A stretch of DNA of 64,000 nucleotides. It comes from Glaucostegus cemiculus. Its lineage: Eukaryota. The notes beneath the pieces were generated by a model. The model did not search any database. It saw nothing but the letters and a program-made list of their open reading frames with translations, and was not told where the DNA came from. Within the stretch, counting starts at the first letter, position 1. The number at the start of each line of letters is the position of its first letter. Positions 35,410 to 47,679 of the stretch are shown one piece after another. Made by a program: the position numbers and the translations under genes. The stretch is taken from the NCBI GenBank assembly GCA_976551045.1, contig CDPCPM010000259.1:496001-560000 (forward strand), read 5' to 3'.

Positions 35410-38400
35410 TGTGATTGGCTAAGTGTGTGGCAACTCAGTCAATAAAAGGAAGGTGGCGTAAAGTGGAGGGGCCATTGTGACAATAGGCCAGTGTAGGAAA
35501 GGGAATTCTGAGGCTTTGGCTCAAGAGGCTTCAGTGAAGAAGCACAGGTGAGTAGCAGGTAAGAACAGGTTTTTTTTTTATAATAGTTAAAGTAAAAATA
35601 CATCAAATTATAACTAATTAAATAAAGTAGGGATGCAGGATCAGATGATGTGGGAGCTGGTGGACCCCTTTGTGGTTCCTTGTGACTACAAGTATTGGTT
35701 GCTCGATGAACTCTGGCTCAAAGTTGATCTGGAATCTGAGGGGGAAAGTTACCTGGACATTTCAGGAGCTAGTCACACCCATTAGATTAACTACTGCAAA
35801 TTCATTCTGTGGTCAGGAAGAAGGTGGTGTGACTGAGAGTGAGGCAGGTAGGGAGATCCAAGAGGTAGTGCTGGAGGAGCCTCAGCCTTGAGCTTGTTCA
35901 ACAGGTCTGAGATTCTTGCTCCCCACGTGCATGAGCGTGGGGGCTGTAGGAAGGATGATCAACTGAACCATGGCACCGTAGTTCAGGGAGCCATTCAAGA
36001 GGAGGCAGAGAAGAGAAATACATTTATTGATTGGGGATGGTATAGTTAGGGGAATAGACACAATTCTCTGTCGCAAGGATTGAGAGACCTGAAGGCTGTG
36101 TTGCCTACCCAGTGTCTGGGTTCGGGGCATTTCATCTGGCAGAGGAATTTGAAACGGGAGGGGAAAAACCCAGTTGTTGTGGTCCATGTGGGTACCAGTG
36201 ACATGGGTCGAACAAGGAAAGAAGTTCTGCTGAGGGAATTTGAGCAGCTAGAGACCAAACTAAAAATCAAAACCAAAAAGTAATAATCTCTGGATTACTA
36301 CCTGAGCCACGTGCAAATTGGCACAGGGTAAATAAGATCAGAGTTAAATGTGTGGCTCAAAGATTGGTGTTGGAGAAATGGGTTTGAATTTGTGGGACAT
36401 TGGCAGCAGTATTGGAGAAGGAAGGAGCTGTTCTGATGGGACAGGCTCCATGCTGGTACCAAGGTCCTAGCGAATCGCATATCTAGGGCTGTAGATAGGG
36501 CTTTAAACTAAATAGTAGGAGGGTGGGTTCAACAGATTGGAAAAAGTATGAATATAGTGAAAGGGATGGAGAGTGCTTGACAGGTTACTGAAGTCTCCAG
36601 AATAAAGAATAAAACAAAGTTTACAAAGTGATAAGAATTTAACTTCAGGCAACATAGACAAGTTTGAGAAGAAGGATGGTGAACACAGGTCTGAAGGTGT
36701 TATACTTGAATGCACACAGTACACAAGATAAGGTAGATGAGCTCATAGTGTATTTAGAAATAGGCAGATATGATGTTGTGGGCATCAGAGTTATGGTTGA
36801 AAGAACATCGCAGCTGGGAGCTAAACATCCTTTTGTAAAAATGGGCAGAAGGGGTGGGGTGACTCTGTTGGTTAAAAAGAAGAAATGAAATCCAATCAAA
36901 TCCTTGGTAAGAAGTGACAGGATCAGAAGATGTAGAATCCTTGTGGGTAGAGTTAAGAAACTGAAAGGGTTAAAAACCCTGATGGGAATTATATACAGGC
37001 CTCCATATAGTAGCCATGATGTAGGGTACAAATTACAACAGGAGATAGAAAAGGCATGTAAAAAGGTCAATGTTATGGTGGTCATGGGAGATTTCAATAT
37101 GCAGGTAGATTGGGAAAGTCAGGTTGGTATTAGATTCCAAGAGAAGAAATTAGTGGAATGCCTACGAGATGGTTTTTCAGCAGCTTGTGGTTGAGCCCAC
37201 TAGGGAATAGGCAATTCTGGATCTGGTGTTGTGCAATGAACCAGATATGCTTAGGGAACTTAAGGTAAAAGAATCCTTAAGAGGCAGTGATCATAATATG
37301 TCAGAATTCATCCTGCAGTTTGAGAGGGAGAAGCCAAAATTGGACGTATCGGTATTACAGTTGAGTAAAGGTAACTACAGAGGCATGAGAAAGATGCTGG
37401 CCAAAGTTGATTGGAAGGGGACCCCAGCAGGGATGACAGTGGAGCAGGAGTTTCTGGGAGTAATTCGTAAGACATGGGATCAGTTCGTCCCAAAGAAGAA
37501 GAGGCATTCTAAAGGGAGGATGAGGCATCCATGGCTGTAGAGGGAAGTCAAAGACAGCGCAAAAGCAAGGGCATACAACATTGCAAAAATTCATGGGAAG
37601 CTAGAGGATTGGGAAGCTTTTAAAAACCAACAGAAGGCAACTAAAAAAGCAATAAGGGGAGAAAAGATGAATATGAAGGCAAGCTATCCAATAATATAAA
37701 AGGATATCAAAAGTTTTTCCAGATATATAGAGAGTAAAAGAGAAGCAAGAGTGGACATCGGACCACTGGAAAATGACGCTGGAGAGATAGTAATGGGGGA
37801 ACAAATAAATGGCGGACAAACTGAATAAGTATTTTGCATCAGTCATCAGCATGCCAGAAATTTGAGAGAGTTGGGCCAGAAGTAAGTGTAGTTACTATTA
37901 CTCAGGAGAAGTGCTTGGGAAATGAAGGTCTGAAGGCAGAAATGTCACTGGACCGGATGGACTACACTGTGAGGTCTGAAAGGTAGTTGAAAAGATTATG
38001 GAGACATTAATAATGATTTTTCAAGAATCACTAGAGTCAAGATTGGTTCCGGAGGACTGGAAAATAAGAAGGGAGGGAGGTAAAAGACAGAAAATTATGG
38101 GCCATTTAGCCTGACTTCAGTGGTTGGTAAGATGTTAATCCATTTATTAAGGATGAGGTTTCGGGGTGCTTGGAAGCTCATGATAAAATAGGTTGAAGTC
38201 AGCATGGTTTCCTTAAGGGGAGATCTTGCCTGATAAATCTGTTGGAATTCTTTGAAGAATTAACAGGCAGGATAGACGAAAGAGAGTTATTGGATGTTGT
38301 TTACTTGGATTTTCAGAAGGCCTATGACAAGGTGCCGCACATGAGGCTGCGAAACAATATTGGAACCCGTTGTATTACAGGAAAGGAACTAGCATGGATA

Positions 38401-39478
38401 GAAGATTGGCTGACTGGCAGAAGGCAAAGAGTGGGAATAAAGGGGGCCTTTTCTAGTTGACTGCCAATGATTAGTGGTTTTCTGCAGGGGTTAGGGTTGG
38501 GTCTGCAACCTTTCACATTATATGTTGATGATCTAGATGATGGAATTGAGGGCTTTCGCCATGTTTGCGGATGATGCAAAGATAGGTGGAGGGGCAAGTA
38601 ATGTTGAGGAAGTAGGGTGCCTGCAGGAGGAGTTGGACAGGTTGGGAGTATGGGCAAATAAGTGGCAGATGGAATACAGCATAGGGAATGTATGGTCATG
38701 TTCTTTGGTAGAAGAACATGACCATACATGACCTGTAGACTTTTCTAAACAGGGAGCGAAATTGGAGGTGCAAAGGGAGTTGAGAGTCCTAGTGCAGGAT
38801 TCTTCTCTACAGGTTAACTTGCAGGTTGAGTCAGTAGTAAGAAAGGCAAATGCAATGTTAGCATTAATTTCCTGAGGACCAGAATATAAAAGCAAGGATG
38901 TGATGCTGAGGCTTTATAAGGCAGTGGTCAGACCACATTTGTGAGCAGTTTTGGGCACCATTCCTAAGGAAGGATGTGCTGACATTGGAGAGGATCCAGA
39001 GGAGGTTGATAAGAATGATCCCAGGAATGAAAAGGTTAATGTACGAGGAGCATTTGTTAGCTCTGGGCCTGTAGCTGCTGGAGTTTTGAAGGATGAGGGT
39101 GGATCTCATTGAATTATTGAAAGGCCTGGATAGAGTGGACATGGAGAGGATGCTTCCAGTGGTGGCAGAATCTTGGGCCAGAAAGCACAGCCTCAGAATA
39201 GAAGGATGTCCCTTTAGAACTGAGATGAGAAGAAATTTCTTTAGCTGGGAGGTAGTGAATCTGTGGAATTTATTGCCACAGTTGGCTGTGGAGGTCAAGT
39301 CATTGGGTATATTTAAAGCAGAGGTTGATAGATTCTTGAATAGTAAGGGCGTCAAAGGTTACAGGCAGAAGGCAGGAGAATGGGGTTGAGGAGAGAAACA
39401 AATTGGCCATGATCAAATGGCAGAGTAGACTTAATGTGTTGAATGGCCTCATTCTGCTCCCATGCCTTTATCGTCTTG
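35410..39478 (+). mobile_element. Near full-length CR1 LINE, degraded
   Basis: 5'UTR gtgattggctaa; ORF1 VVVHVGTSD; ORF2 LYLNAHS, VMGDFN, GSDHNM, YLDFQKAYDKVPH, FADDAKIGG and VVNLWNLLP; tail gaatggcctcattctgctcc. Many stops and frameshifts. Confidence 0.92.
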
Positions 39479-39479
39479 T

Positions 39480-40230
39480 AATACAAAGATCTATGTCAAG
39501 GCTCCAGCAATTTCCTGCCTAGCCTCCCTCAGTAACCTGGGATGGGTTGCATTGAACGCTGATGGCATTCACCTTAATGTTTTTCAAAATGCCCAACATC
39601 ATCTCCCCCTCTGCCCCCCCCGCCATTGCTTGTTTAAGTTCTTTCTACTCCCTTTGTCCAATTTCAGCTTCCTAAACCTTGCATATGATTCCTTTTTCTG
39701 TTTGACTAAACTTGCAATATCCCTTGTTATCCAAGGTTGCTGAATTCTTGTATATCAGATATGGATTTGCCCTCAAACAGCTGCTTCCATTCTGCTTTCT
39801 TCAGTTCTGATCTAATACTGTTACAATTTGCCTTGTCTCAGTTCAGCAATTCTACCTGAGGACCAATCTTAACTTTATCCATAACTTTATTAAAACTTTT
39901 GGAATTAGTTTTAAGAAAGTTTAGTTTAAATTAGTTCCCAAAATGCTCCCCAAATTGTATTTGACCAGGTTCATTCCCCAATACATTCCCCTAGTATGGT
40001 GCCTTCTCTGGTTGGAATATCTACGTATTGTTTCAAGAGAAACTCCTGGATGCATCTAACAAATTCTGCTCCATCTCAGCTCTTGGCAATAAGGGAGTCC
40101 TGGTTAGTACTAGGAAAGTTAAAATCACCCACTAAAATAACCCTGTTGTTTTTGCATCTTTACATGATCTGCATACATATTTCCTGCTGGTTACTGTGAG
40201 GCCTATAGTGTAATGCTATTATGACTGTAT
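39480..40230 (-). mobile_element. Old CR1 APE-region fragment with internal deletions
   Basis: Minus strand reads RVILVGDFNFP, GAEFVRCIQESF, LGNVLGNEPGQ and PWIT. Confidence 0.7.
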
Positions 40231-40313
40231 GTCTCTGGTGATTTATAAACAGACTGTTGATAGAATCTATTGGCATGCATGACAGCTTTAAGTCCCCACA
40301 TGTACAATTTCTT

Positions 40314-41898
40314 TCTTTCTTTCTTTTTCAATCTTTTTATTGATAACAAATCATTACAGGTTAAGATATATAACAACAATGTTTACACATGTATTATAAA
40401 AATATCAAGTAAATCGTAGGTAATCATAAAAAAAAAGCAATAAAGTATGATGTATATAAAAGAAATAGTTCCAACAATCTCTCGGTTCATAAGTGTAATA
40501 TAAAAGATAAAAAAGAAAAAGATTTGTTATATAATTAGAAGAAAAAAGCAAAAAACCAAATCAATTTTTTTTTTAATTTTAAAAAATCATAATAATATAG
40601 AGTAAATTAAACCAAAAATGAATTTTAAAAAAAGGGGGGAAAAAAACAAACCAAGGAGAAAAAAGAAACTGGGCTAAAATTCAATAGAAATAGAACAATA
40701 TAATGTCGTCAGCTCCATTTCTCTAAATTAAAAAAAAAGTTATAGAAGGGGAAACTACATTGTATGACAGTATTGAATAAATGGACTCCAAATATCTTCA
40801 AATTTAAGCGAAGAATCAACAGTACCAATCCTAATTTTTTCCAAATTAAGACATGATATAGTTTGAGAGAACCATTGAAAAGTGGTAGGGGGTATTGGAT
40901 CCTTCCATTTGAGCAGGATGGCTCGTTTGGCCATCAATGTAACAAAAGCAATCATACGATTAGCAGAAGCAGGTAAATGGCCAGACTTTATCCATGGTAA
41001 TCCAAAAATTGCAGTAATAGGGTGCGGTTGTAAATCGATCTTCAATACATCTGAAATAATATTAAAAATGTCTTTCCAATATTTTTCCAAATTAGGACAA
41101 GACCAGAACATATGTGACAAAGAAGCCACGTTTGATTTACATCTGTCACATATAGGGTTTATACGATCATAAAAACGAGCTAGCTTATCTTTGGACATAT
41201 AGGCCCTGTGCACAACTTTAAACTGTATCAATGAATGTCTGGCACACATTGAGGATGTATTAACTAAATGAAGAATTTTCTTCCAAGTCTCTATAGATAT
41301 AGAAATCTGGAGTTCAATTTCCCAATCATTTTTAATTTTGCCCAGTGAATCTGCTTGTATTTTCATAATTAAATCATAAATTATTGCTGTCAAGCCCTTC
41401 TGATGAGGATTAAAACCTAAAATTTTATCAATAATTTCATCTTTATAAAGAAATGGAAAGGAAGGTATAGTAGCTTTTTAAAAATTTCTAATCTGCAAAT
41501 ATCGAAAAAAATGTGATCTAGGTAAATTATATTTATTAGACAGCTGTTCAAAAGATGCAAAACAGTTATCAATGAATAGATCACGAAAGCATACTATTCC
41601 CTTCCTTTTCCATAAAGAAAAAGCTGTATCTAGTCTAGATGGTTGAAAAAAAATTAGATTGTATAGGACTTGACAAAACAAATTTAGTCAATCCAAAGAA
41701 TTTATGAAATTGAAACCATATTCGTAATGTATGTTTAATGATTGGGTTAGTCATATATTTACTTAATTTGGTAAGTGCAAAAGGAAGTGAAGCTCCTAAA
41801 ATAGAGAATAACAAAAATTCAAGTGTTGATTGATACTCAAGGTGTACCCATTTAGGGCATTGAATAACACTTAAGTCTTGTGTCCAAAAAATTAAATA
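40314..41898 (-). mobile_element. 5'-truncated L1-clade LINE with 3'UTR, A-rich tail and 11-bp target-site duplication
   Basis: Minus ORF 40755-41393 carries the L1 C-terminal knuckle CDRC..SHMFWSC and LIQFKVVHRAY; aataaa then (gaaa)n tail; tacaatttctt at 40303-40313 and 41899-41909. Confidence 0.9.
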
Positions 41899-42929
41899 TA
41901 CAATTTCTTGATCATAAAAATCAAAGCCATGATATTATTAGAGCAAAATACTGCAGATATTAGACATAAAAAAAATAAGCAAAGAATGCTGAAAATGCCT
42001 GATAAGTCGAGCAGAATCAGTGGTGAGAGAAATGGAGTTGCCTTTTGAGTCACAGGCACTTCAAAGACTGGAACACAGGTGACCCCTGCATTACAGCTGT
42101 TCATATAATGGAAATTCGCCTATACAGAAATTGAAAATCATTATCCAGAAATTTGAGATACAGAATAAAATTTGTGCTGCAGAGAAAAAAATAAACAATT
42201 TTTCCTCAACTTTTATTTCAACACACACAGAGAAGTAGCTTTGTGCTACGGAAAATCACAATAAGGACTGTTTTCTAGAAACACAATCCCCTTTTCATTG
42301 TTATGTTTCAATTTGTTTCTGTATCGCATTGTTCAAAATGCTTTCTTTTAATGTAATTGTTATCTTGGCAACTTTGGTTTGCACCTCTGTCACAGCCATT
42401 CCCTTGATTATTCCTCATCCCCTTTTATGAGGTGAAAGTAGCCAAGTTGCTGTGACAAATGTTTCAAAACCCAGACTATAGTCAGACCAAATGAGAGAAA
42501 CATAACCCTGTTAAAGATATTGATTGAGCATTGAGACAATATAGTAGAGTGACATTTCGGTGGTTTCTTAACCTTTCTTTGAGCTCCTTAATTTGAAAAG
42601 TATAACTGAGAAGGACATGATCTAGTTTTGTTGAACAATTTTGTTTACTATAGTCGGAAATGAATGCTTTAACCTTCATGCCACTTTCCTCCCTGGCTTG
42701 TGGCAGTACTCTCAATATACCAATATTAATGGCTAATAATAAATTAGTATACCAGATACTGACACAAGACTTGGTCATTGCTTTATATTTTTACCGGGTG
42801 AGTCACACAGGTGAAAAACTGTGTCTTACATGTGCTGTTTTAAAATGTGGCCAATAATGCTTCTAAAACTAACCAGTATACTAGTGTCTGAGATTGTTGT
42901 GTTTCTGTCCTGTTTGCCCATCTGCACTG

Positions 42930-43320
42930 TGCTTTCTGGTTTTCCTTATTTCCCAACTTAACAAAGCCTGTTTTCATCCTTGTTTTTCAAATAGGTTCAT
43001 GGCTTTGTTCCATCTTACCCTGCAACTTCTCCCAGCTCTTTCATCCTCCAAGCTGTCTCTACTGCTCCATTTATGGCCTTTTTGCACAACATCAATTTTA
43101 GTTGTCTCCATTGGTGGTCATGGTTTCAGCTACCTAGGCCCTGTGTTCTGTAAGTCCTTCAGTAAACTACTTCACCTTTATTCCTGGCCTTTTTTAGTAT
43201 CATCAAGCCCATCTCTGACAAAACTTTTGGTCCTAATATCTCCTTTATATGGTTCAGTATCAAGTTTTGTTTAAACATGAGGAACATTTGCTTCCATAAA
43301 TCTAATGTACAAATGTAATT
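42930..43320 (+). mobile_element. Ancient L2-like 3' fragment
   Basis: IGGHGFSYLGPVFCKSF resembles the L2 ORF2 end GGRAFSxxxPxLWNSLP. Confidence 0.45.
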
Positions 43321-43426
43321 TGTAACAGCACTGACACATTAATTATGTGAACTACTATAGTTTTCATTTCCTAAGCTTTTGAATATAGTGGATCCACCAT
43401 CTATCCCTTTTTATTTAAACCTTTAG

Positions 43427-43697
43427 GAAGCAATACAAGACATTGCAGCAGCCCTACAGACAGATCAAAAGTTGGCACTCCAAGAAATTTCATCTCTAAA
43501 GCAGGAAGCTCAAGATCTGATTTGTTGTTGGCTGCATGATCATTGTGTTAATGCACTAACTGAAATCTTAAATGTCAAAGAAAAGATTTTCACTGAAGAA
43601 CACGTTGATCTTCCTGTAATTGGTCAATCGCTACTCCTGATCAATGGGAAATATTCAACCTGGCACATCCTATACATTGATATATTGATTGCAAAAG
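43427..43697 (+). CDS. TTC34: TTC34 coding exon 5 (271 nt; EAIQDIAAALQTD...WHILYIDILIAK)
   Basis: Acceptor cctttAG (43425-43426), donor aag|GTaata (43698); phases 0/1; SLKQEAQDLI and WHIL..DIL motifs. Confidence 0.95.
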
Positions 43698-44297
43698 GTA
43701 ATAATTCTGTACTGTGTTCTAGGTACTGATAATTAAATTCCATCTGCCCAACTTTCTACCTTATCTATGCTATGTCCTGCTGTATGCTTAGACAACCTTC
43801 TTTTCTATTTACGTCTCCTCCAATTTGCATGTTGTCTGCAAACTTACTAATCATGAGAGAACTGCTTCAGACTTTCATGAATTTTCCTCATTCTGAAGAA
43901 AACCTTGCTTAAATATGAAGTTTTGTTCCATAAATTATCACAAAAGAATTTAAGCTGTTCAAGTATCAGTATTTTCACCAGTCTAAATTATACCCCCAAG
44001 TGCTGGAGTGGGCTTTGAGAACAAAGTTCAAGAGATGAGAAAATTAAAGCAAGCTAATATAGTGGTATACAAATTCAAATTTATAGCTAATTGACCACAA
44101 AAACTTATTTAGAACTTCCAATGTTTGTATGATTTTTGTTTTAAAGCTATTTTTTTTTCTGCAATTAAAGCTTTCAAGATTGTCCCTGATTGGATTGCTG
44201 TCTCTCTAAATGGTGATTTTAAAGTGCCCTGTCATGACATAAATTCTAATCACAGATGCTGGAAATGACCATTCATCCAAATATCTCCTTCCTGCAG

Positions 44298-44512
44298 AAA
44301 TGTACGATGATGCCTTAAAACATCTGCAGGAGAATTTTGAGCAACCTCCTAATGATGTTGCTGCCATGTCCAGGTATGCGCTGATTCAGATGAAGATGAA
44401 GAATGCACAACTTGCTGTTGAAAATCTGAGCATCCTTGCTGAAAAGGATAACAAAGACTTAGAATTTCTGTTACAATTCCTGGATAACAAACAACTTCAG
44501 ACTGTAGTTCAG
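44298..44512 (+). CDS. TTC34: TTC34 coding exon 6 (215 nt; EMYDDALKHLQ...LQTVVQ)
   Basis: Acceptor ctccttcctgcAG (44296-44297), donor cag|GTaatg (44513); phases 1/0. Confidence 0.95.
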
Positions 44513-45364
44513 GTAATGTTTTTACTCGGGGGGGTGGGGGGGGGAACAAGAGTATAGACTTGAAGAGTTGAATACTGTCTCCTAATAGTGTTGCAAAGAG
44601 AATTCCATGTACAAAACAACATAAGCAAAGCAGATTTTGGTAGCTATTAAATCAATATCAGTTTGGTTCAACTTAACATTATTAATAAATAATCATTATT
44701 GTCTGTCTAACTTGGCAGTGAGAAATTTGAAATGCAATTCCCAGTTGATCAAGTGTTACCTAAATTGATTAACTCTACTTACCTAGTTGAGATTCATTCC
44801 ACTGTAAATGTCTTTTGCCCTCCATTTTCCAATACCTGATGATGGACTGTACTTGGTATGAGGTTTACACTGTTGATTAGATTTCTAATTTTGATTGATA
44901 TCTAATTTTAAATTGCATGGTTCATGTCCATCCCTGCATGTTCTATTGATAATTAGGCAGCAAGATATTTTGATAATCTAGTTACAAAGTTTTACCTTTT
45001 ATCCCTTTAGCCTGTCCTTGGTTCTGATTCAGTTCAGTCCAATGAATGAGATGTAGTCTCAATCAAGTTAATTATACTGAATGATATATTAGAACTAACT
45101 GGATGAATTGTTTGGCCTTGCTATGGTTTCAAGATTATAAGTATGGGTGTAATTCCAGGTAGAACATTTCTTGTAATCAGAAGTTGTCATTAAGTGTGAT
45201 ATTCCTTCTCAATAGCAAAAAAATACAGAATTCCTTTGGATATGGTGATCATTTGGAGGATGCCTATCCATAATGAACAATCCAAAAACTGGACTATAAC
45301 TTCCATATAATCTGTATGCATATGAAGAGGTTGTGAAGACTCACTTTTAAGGAAAAATCTTAAA

Positions 45365-46300
45365 TTAGAATCATAAAAACCTTCATCACAGAAATGAACC
45401 CTTTCGACCCACCTCGTCCATGCTGACAGTGATGCCTATCTGTGCTAATCCTATTTGTGCATTTTAGGCCCATATCAGTCTACTTGTTTCCTACCTAAGT
45501 ACTTGTCCAGATTCCTTTTAAATGATGTAATAATATATTACCACCTCTGGCAGTTTGTTCCACGTATTCACCAGACTCTATGTGAAAAAATTACCCCTCA
45601 GATCGCCTTTAAATTTATCCCCTCTCACCTTAAGCCTGTGTCCTGAATTTCTTGACTTCCTGCTTTGGAAAAAGGTTCTGACTATCCTATCTATGCCCGT
45701 CATAATTTTGTAAACCTCTTTCAGGTCACCCCTCAACCTCCTACATTCCAGTGAGAGTAAACCCAGCCTATCCAATCTTTCTGTATAACTGCAGCCCTCC
45801 AATCCAGGAAATATCCTGGTGAATCTTCTATTGCTACCACATCCTTCCTGTAGTGTGGTGATCAGAACTGTACATGATGCTCTGAAGTGCAGTCTAACCA
45901 ATGTTGTACAGCTGCAATATGACATCCCAACTCTTATGCTCAGTGCCTCAGCCTATGAGGGCATGCATACCAAATGCCTTTTTCACTGCCCTATCACCTG
46001 TGTCACCACTTTCAGGGAGTTATGGACTTGCACTCCAAGATCTCTCTATACATTAATGCTCCTAAGGTCCCTGCCATTTACTGTATATGACCTGTTAGTA
46101 TCTGACTTCCCAAAATGCATTCCCTCCCACCTGTCTGGATTAATTTTCACCTGTCATCACTTCACCCAATTTTCCAGCTAATCTGTGTTCCATTGTATCA
46201 TTAAGTAACCACCTTCATTATCTACAACTCCACAAATTTTTGTGTTATCAGCAAACTTGCTAATCATACCCCCTATATTCTTATCTAAATCAATTTTATG
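45365..46300 (-). mobile_element. 5'-truncated CR1
   Basis: Minus ORF RRFTRIFPGLEG..ERLDRLGLLSLE..LRGDLKEVYKIM..DLRGNFFT. Confidence 0.88.
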
Positions 46301-47679
46301 TATTGTATATTATAGGTCCTGGCAGCAATATCCGAGTACATAACTTGAATATTGTTGCTGATTTCTGTGGTAAGATTTTAAATACACGTGATGAAGCATC
46401 TTGTTCAACTTGCACATGAGCAAATAATTAAGTTTACTAGTTAAGCAAGGAAACTGGAGTTTTTTGGTTGTAGTTTTGTTAGAATTAAAAAGATATTTTC
46501 AGAGAAAATCAGCCAGTTTCTAATTTAGGATGAAAATGTGATGTGTACTTGAAATTGGAAGACATGACCTCAAGCTTAGCAAATGACTGAAAGTGGATGA
46601 CCATATCACAGCATGGGGAGATAAATAATTGATAGCCACAGAGTCTCTGGCCCCTATTGCTTCCTGTTAAGTTTACCTGGAGGAACAGGTAAGCTTTATT
46701 TTGTAATGCCAATAACTATTGTGGACAATAAATATTGTCCCAACTATTGTAGATGTTTTTTTTTCTTAATTCTATTTAAACACAAGCTGGTTCATTTGAA
46801 CAGTGCTCATTGCATATATTCTGGATCATTTGAAATATCTAATAACTACTGCTTGTGGATTTTGTTAGTGTAAGATGCTGTACACCTCAAGGTTTCAGTG
46901 ACATGAAACAGTAGCATAATGAGCAATGTTTAATTCCTCTCTTTCTCTTCACCCAATATTCTCCAATCTCATGACTCAGCTGCCAAGACCATATACAAAA
47001 ATAACTCATTATTCTCTTTCTTTTCCTTGCTTCCTTGTTCCATCGTGGGAGGATATAATTTTACATTGAAATAAAAAATATTGAAAAATTAGTAGATATC
47101 TCCCTCATACCAGATGAATTCAGATGAGAACATACTGTATTCAGTTGTTGCTATGTTATTTCTTTTCATTGATTTGCAGTCTTGGGTCTCTTGAGTATCA
47201 TGATTAATATGTAAAAATGAATACTTCTATATTAATCACTCTGTTTAATACTTTTTCTGTATTTTTTTTTATCAGTAGTGTCAAGGCTGCATTCAATAGA
47301 CTCCAGTTTTCAGAGTTGCCATATGTGAGGTCCGTGCTTCAGAGAAAAATTAGAATGTAATCAACCTAAGTGTCTGCCTCAAAACACTTGCTATTTCACA
47401 TTGCATCGGGTGTAATCTGTTATATTAATCCTTGCAACTCATTAAAGAAAGTCACTACTATTGTATCTGTACCTGTTTACACCTGTCTCCCTTTTGATTA
47501 GTTCAACCTTGCATAGAGAAATATGAAGAATCCATTTTATATCTGTTATTTTGAATATTTGGCATCCCCGTTGTTGAAAGATTTCTATTTGTTGAGCTGG
47601 ATAACAATGTAGTACTCTAAAAGTAATGCAGACCTTCTACAATGGTAAACCATTGAAAACCTCAGAAGAGGAAAGAGAA

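Noticed and set aside
12289-39478. Active or domesticated CR1 ORFs
   Set aside because: ORF1 and ORF2 of every copy are broken by multiple stops and frameshifts.
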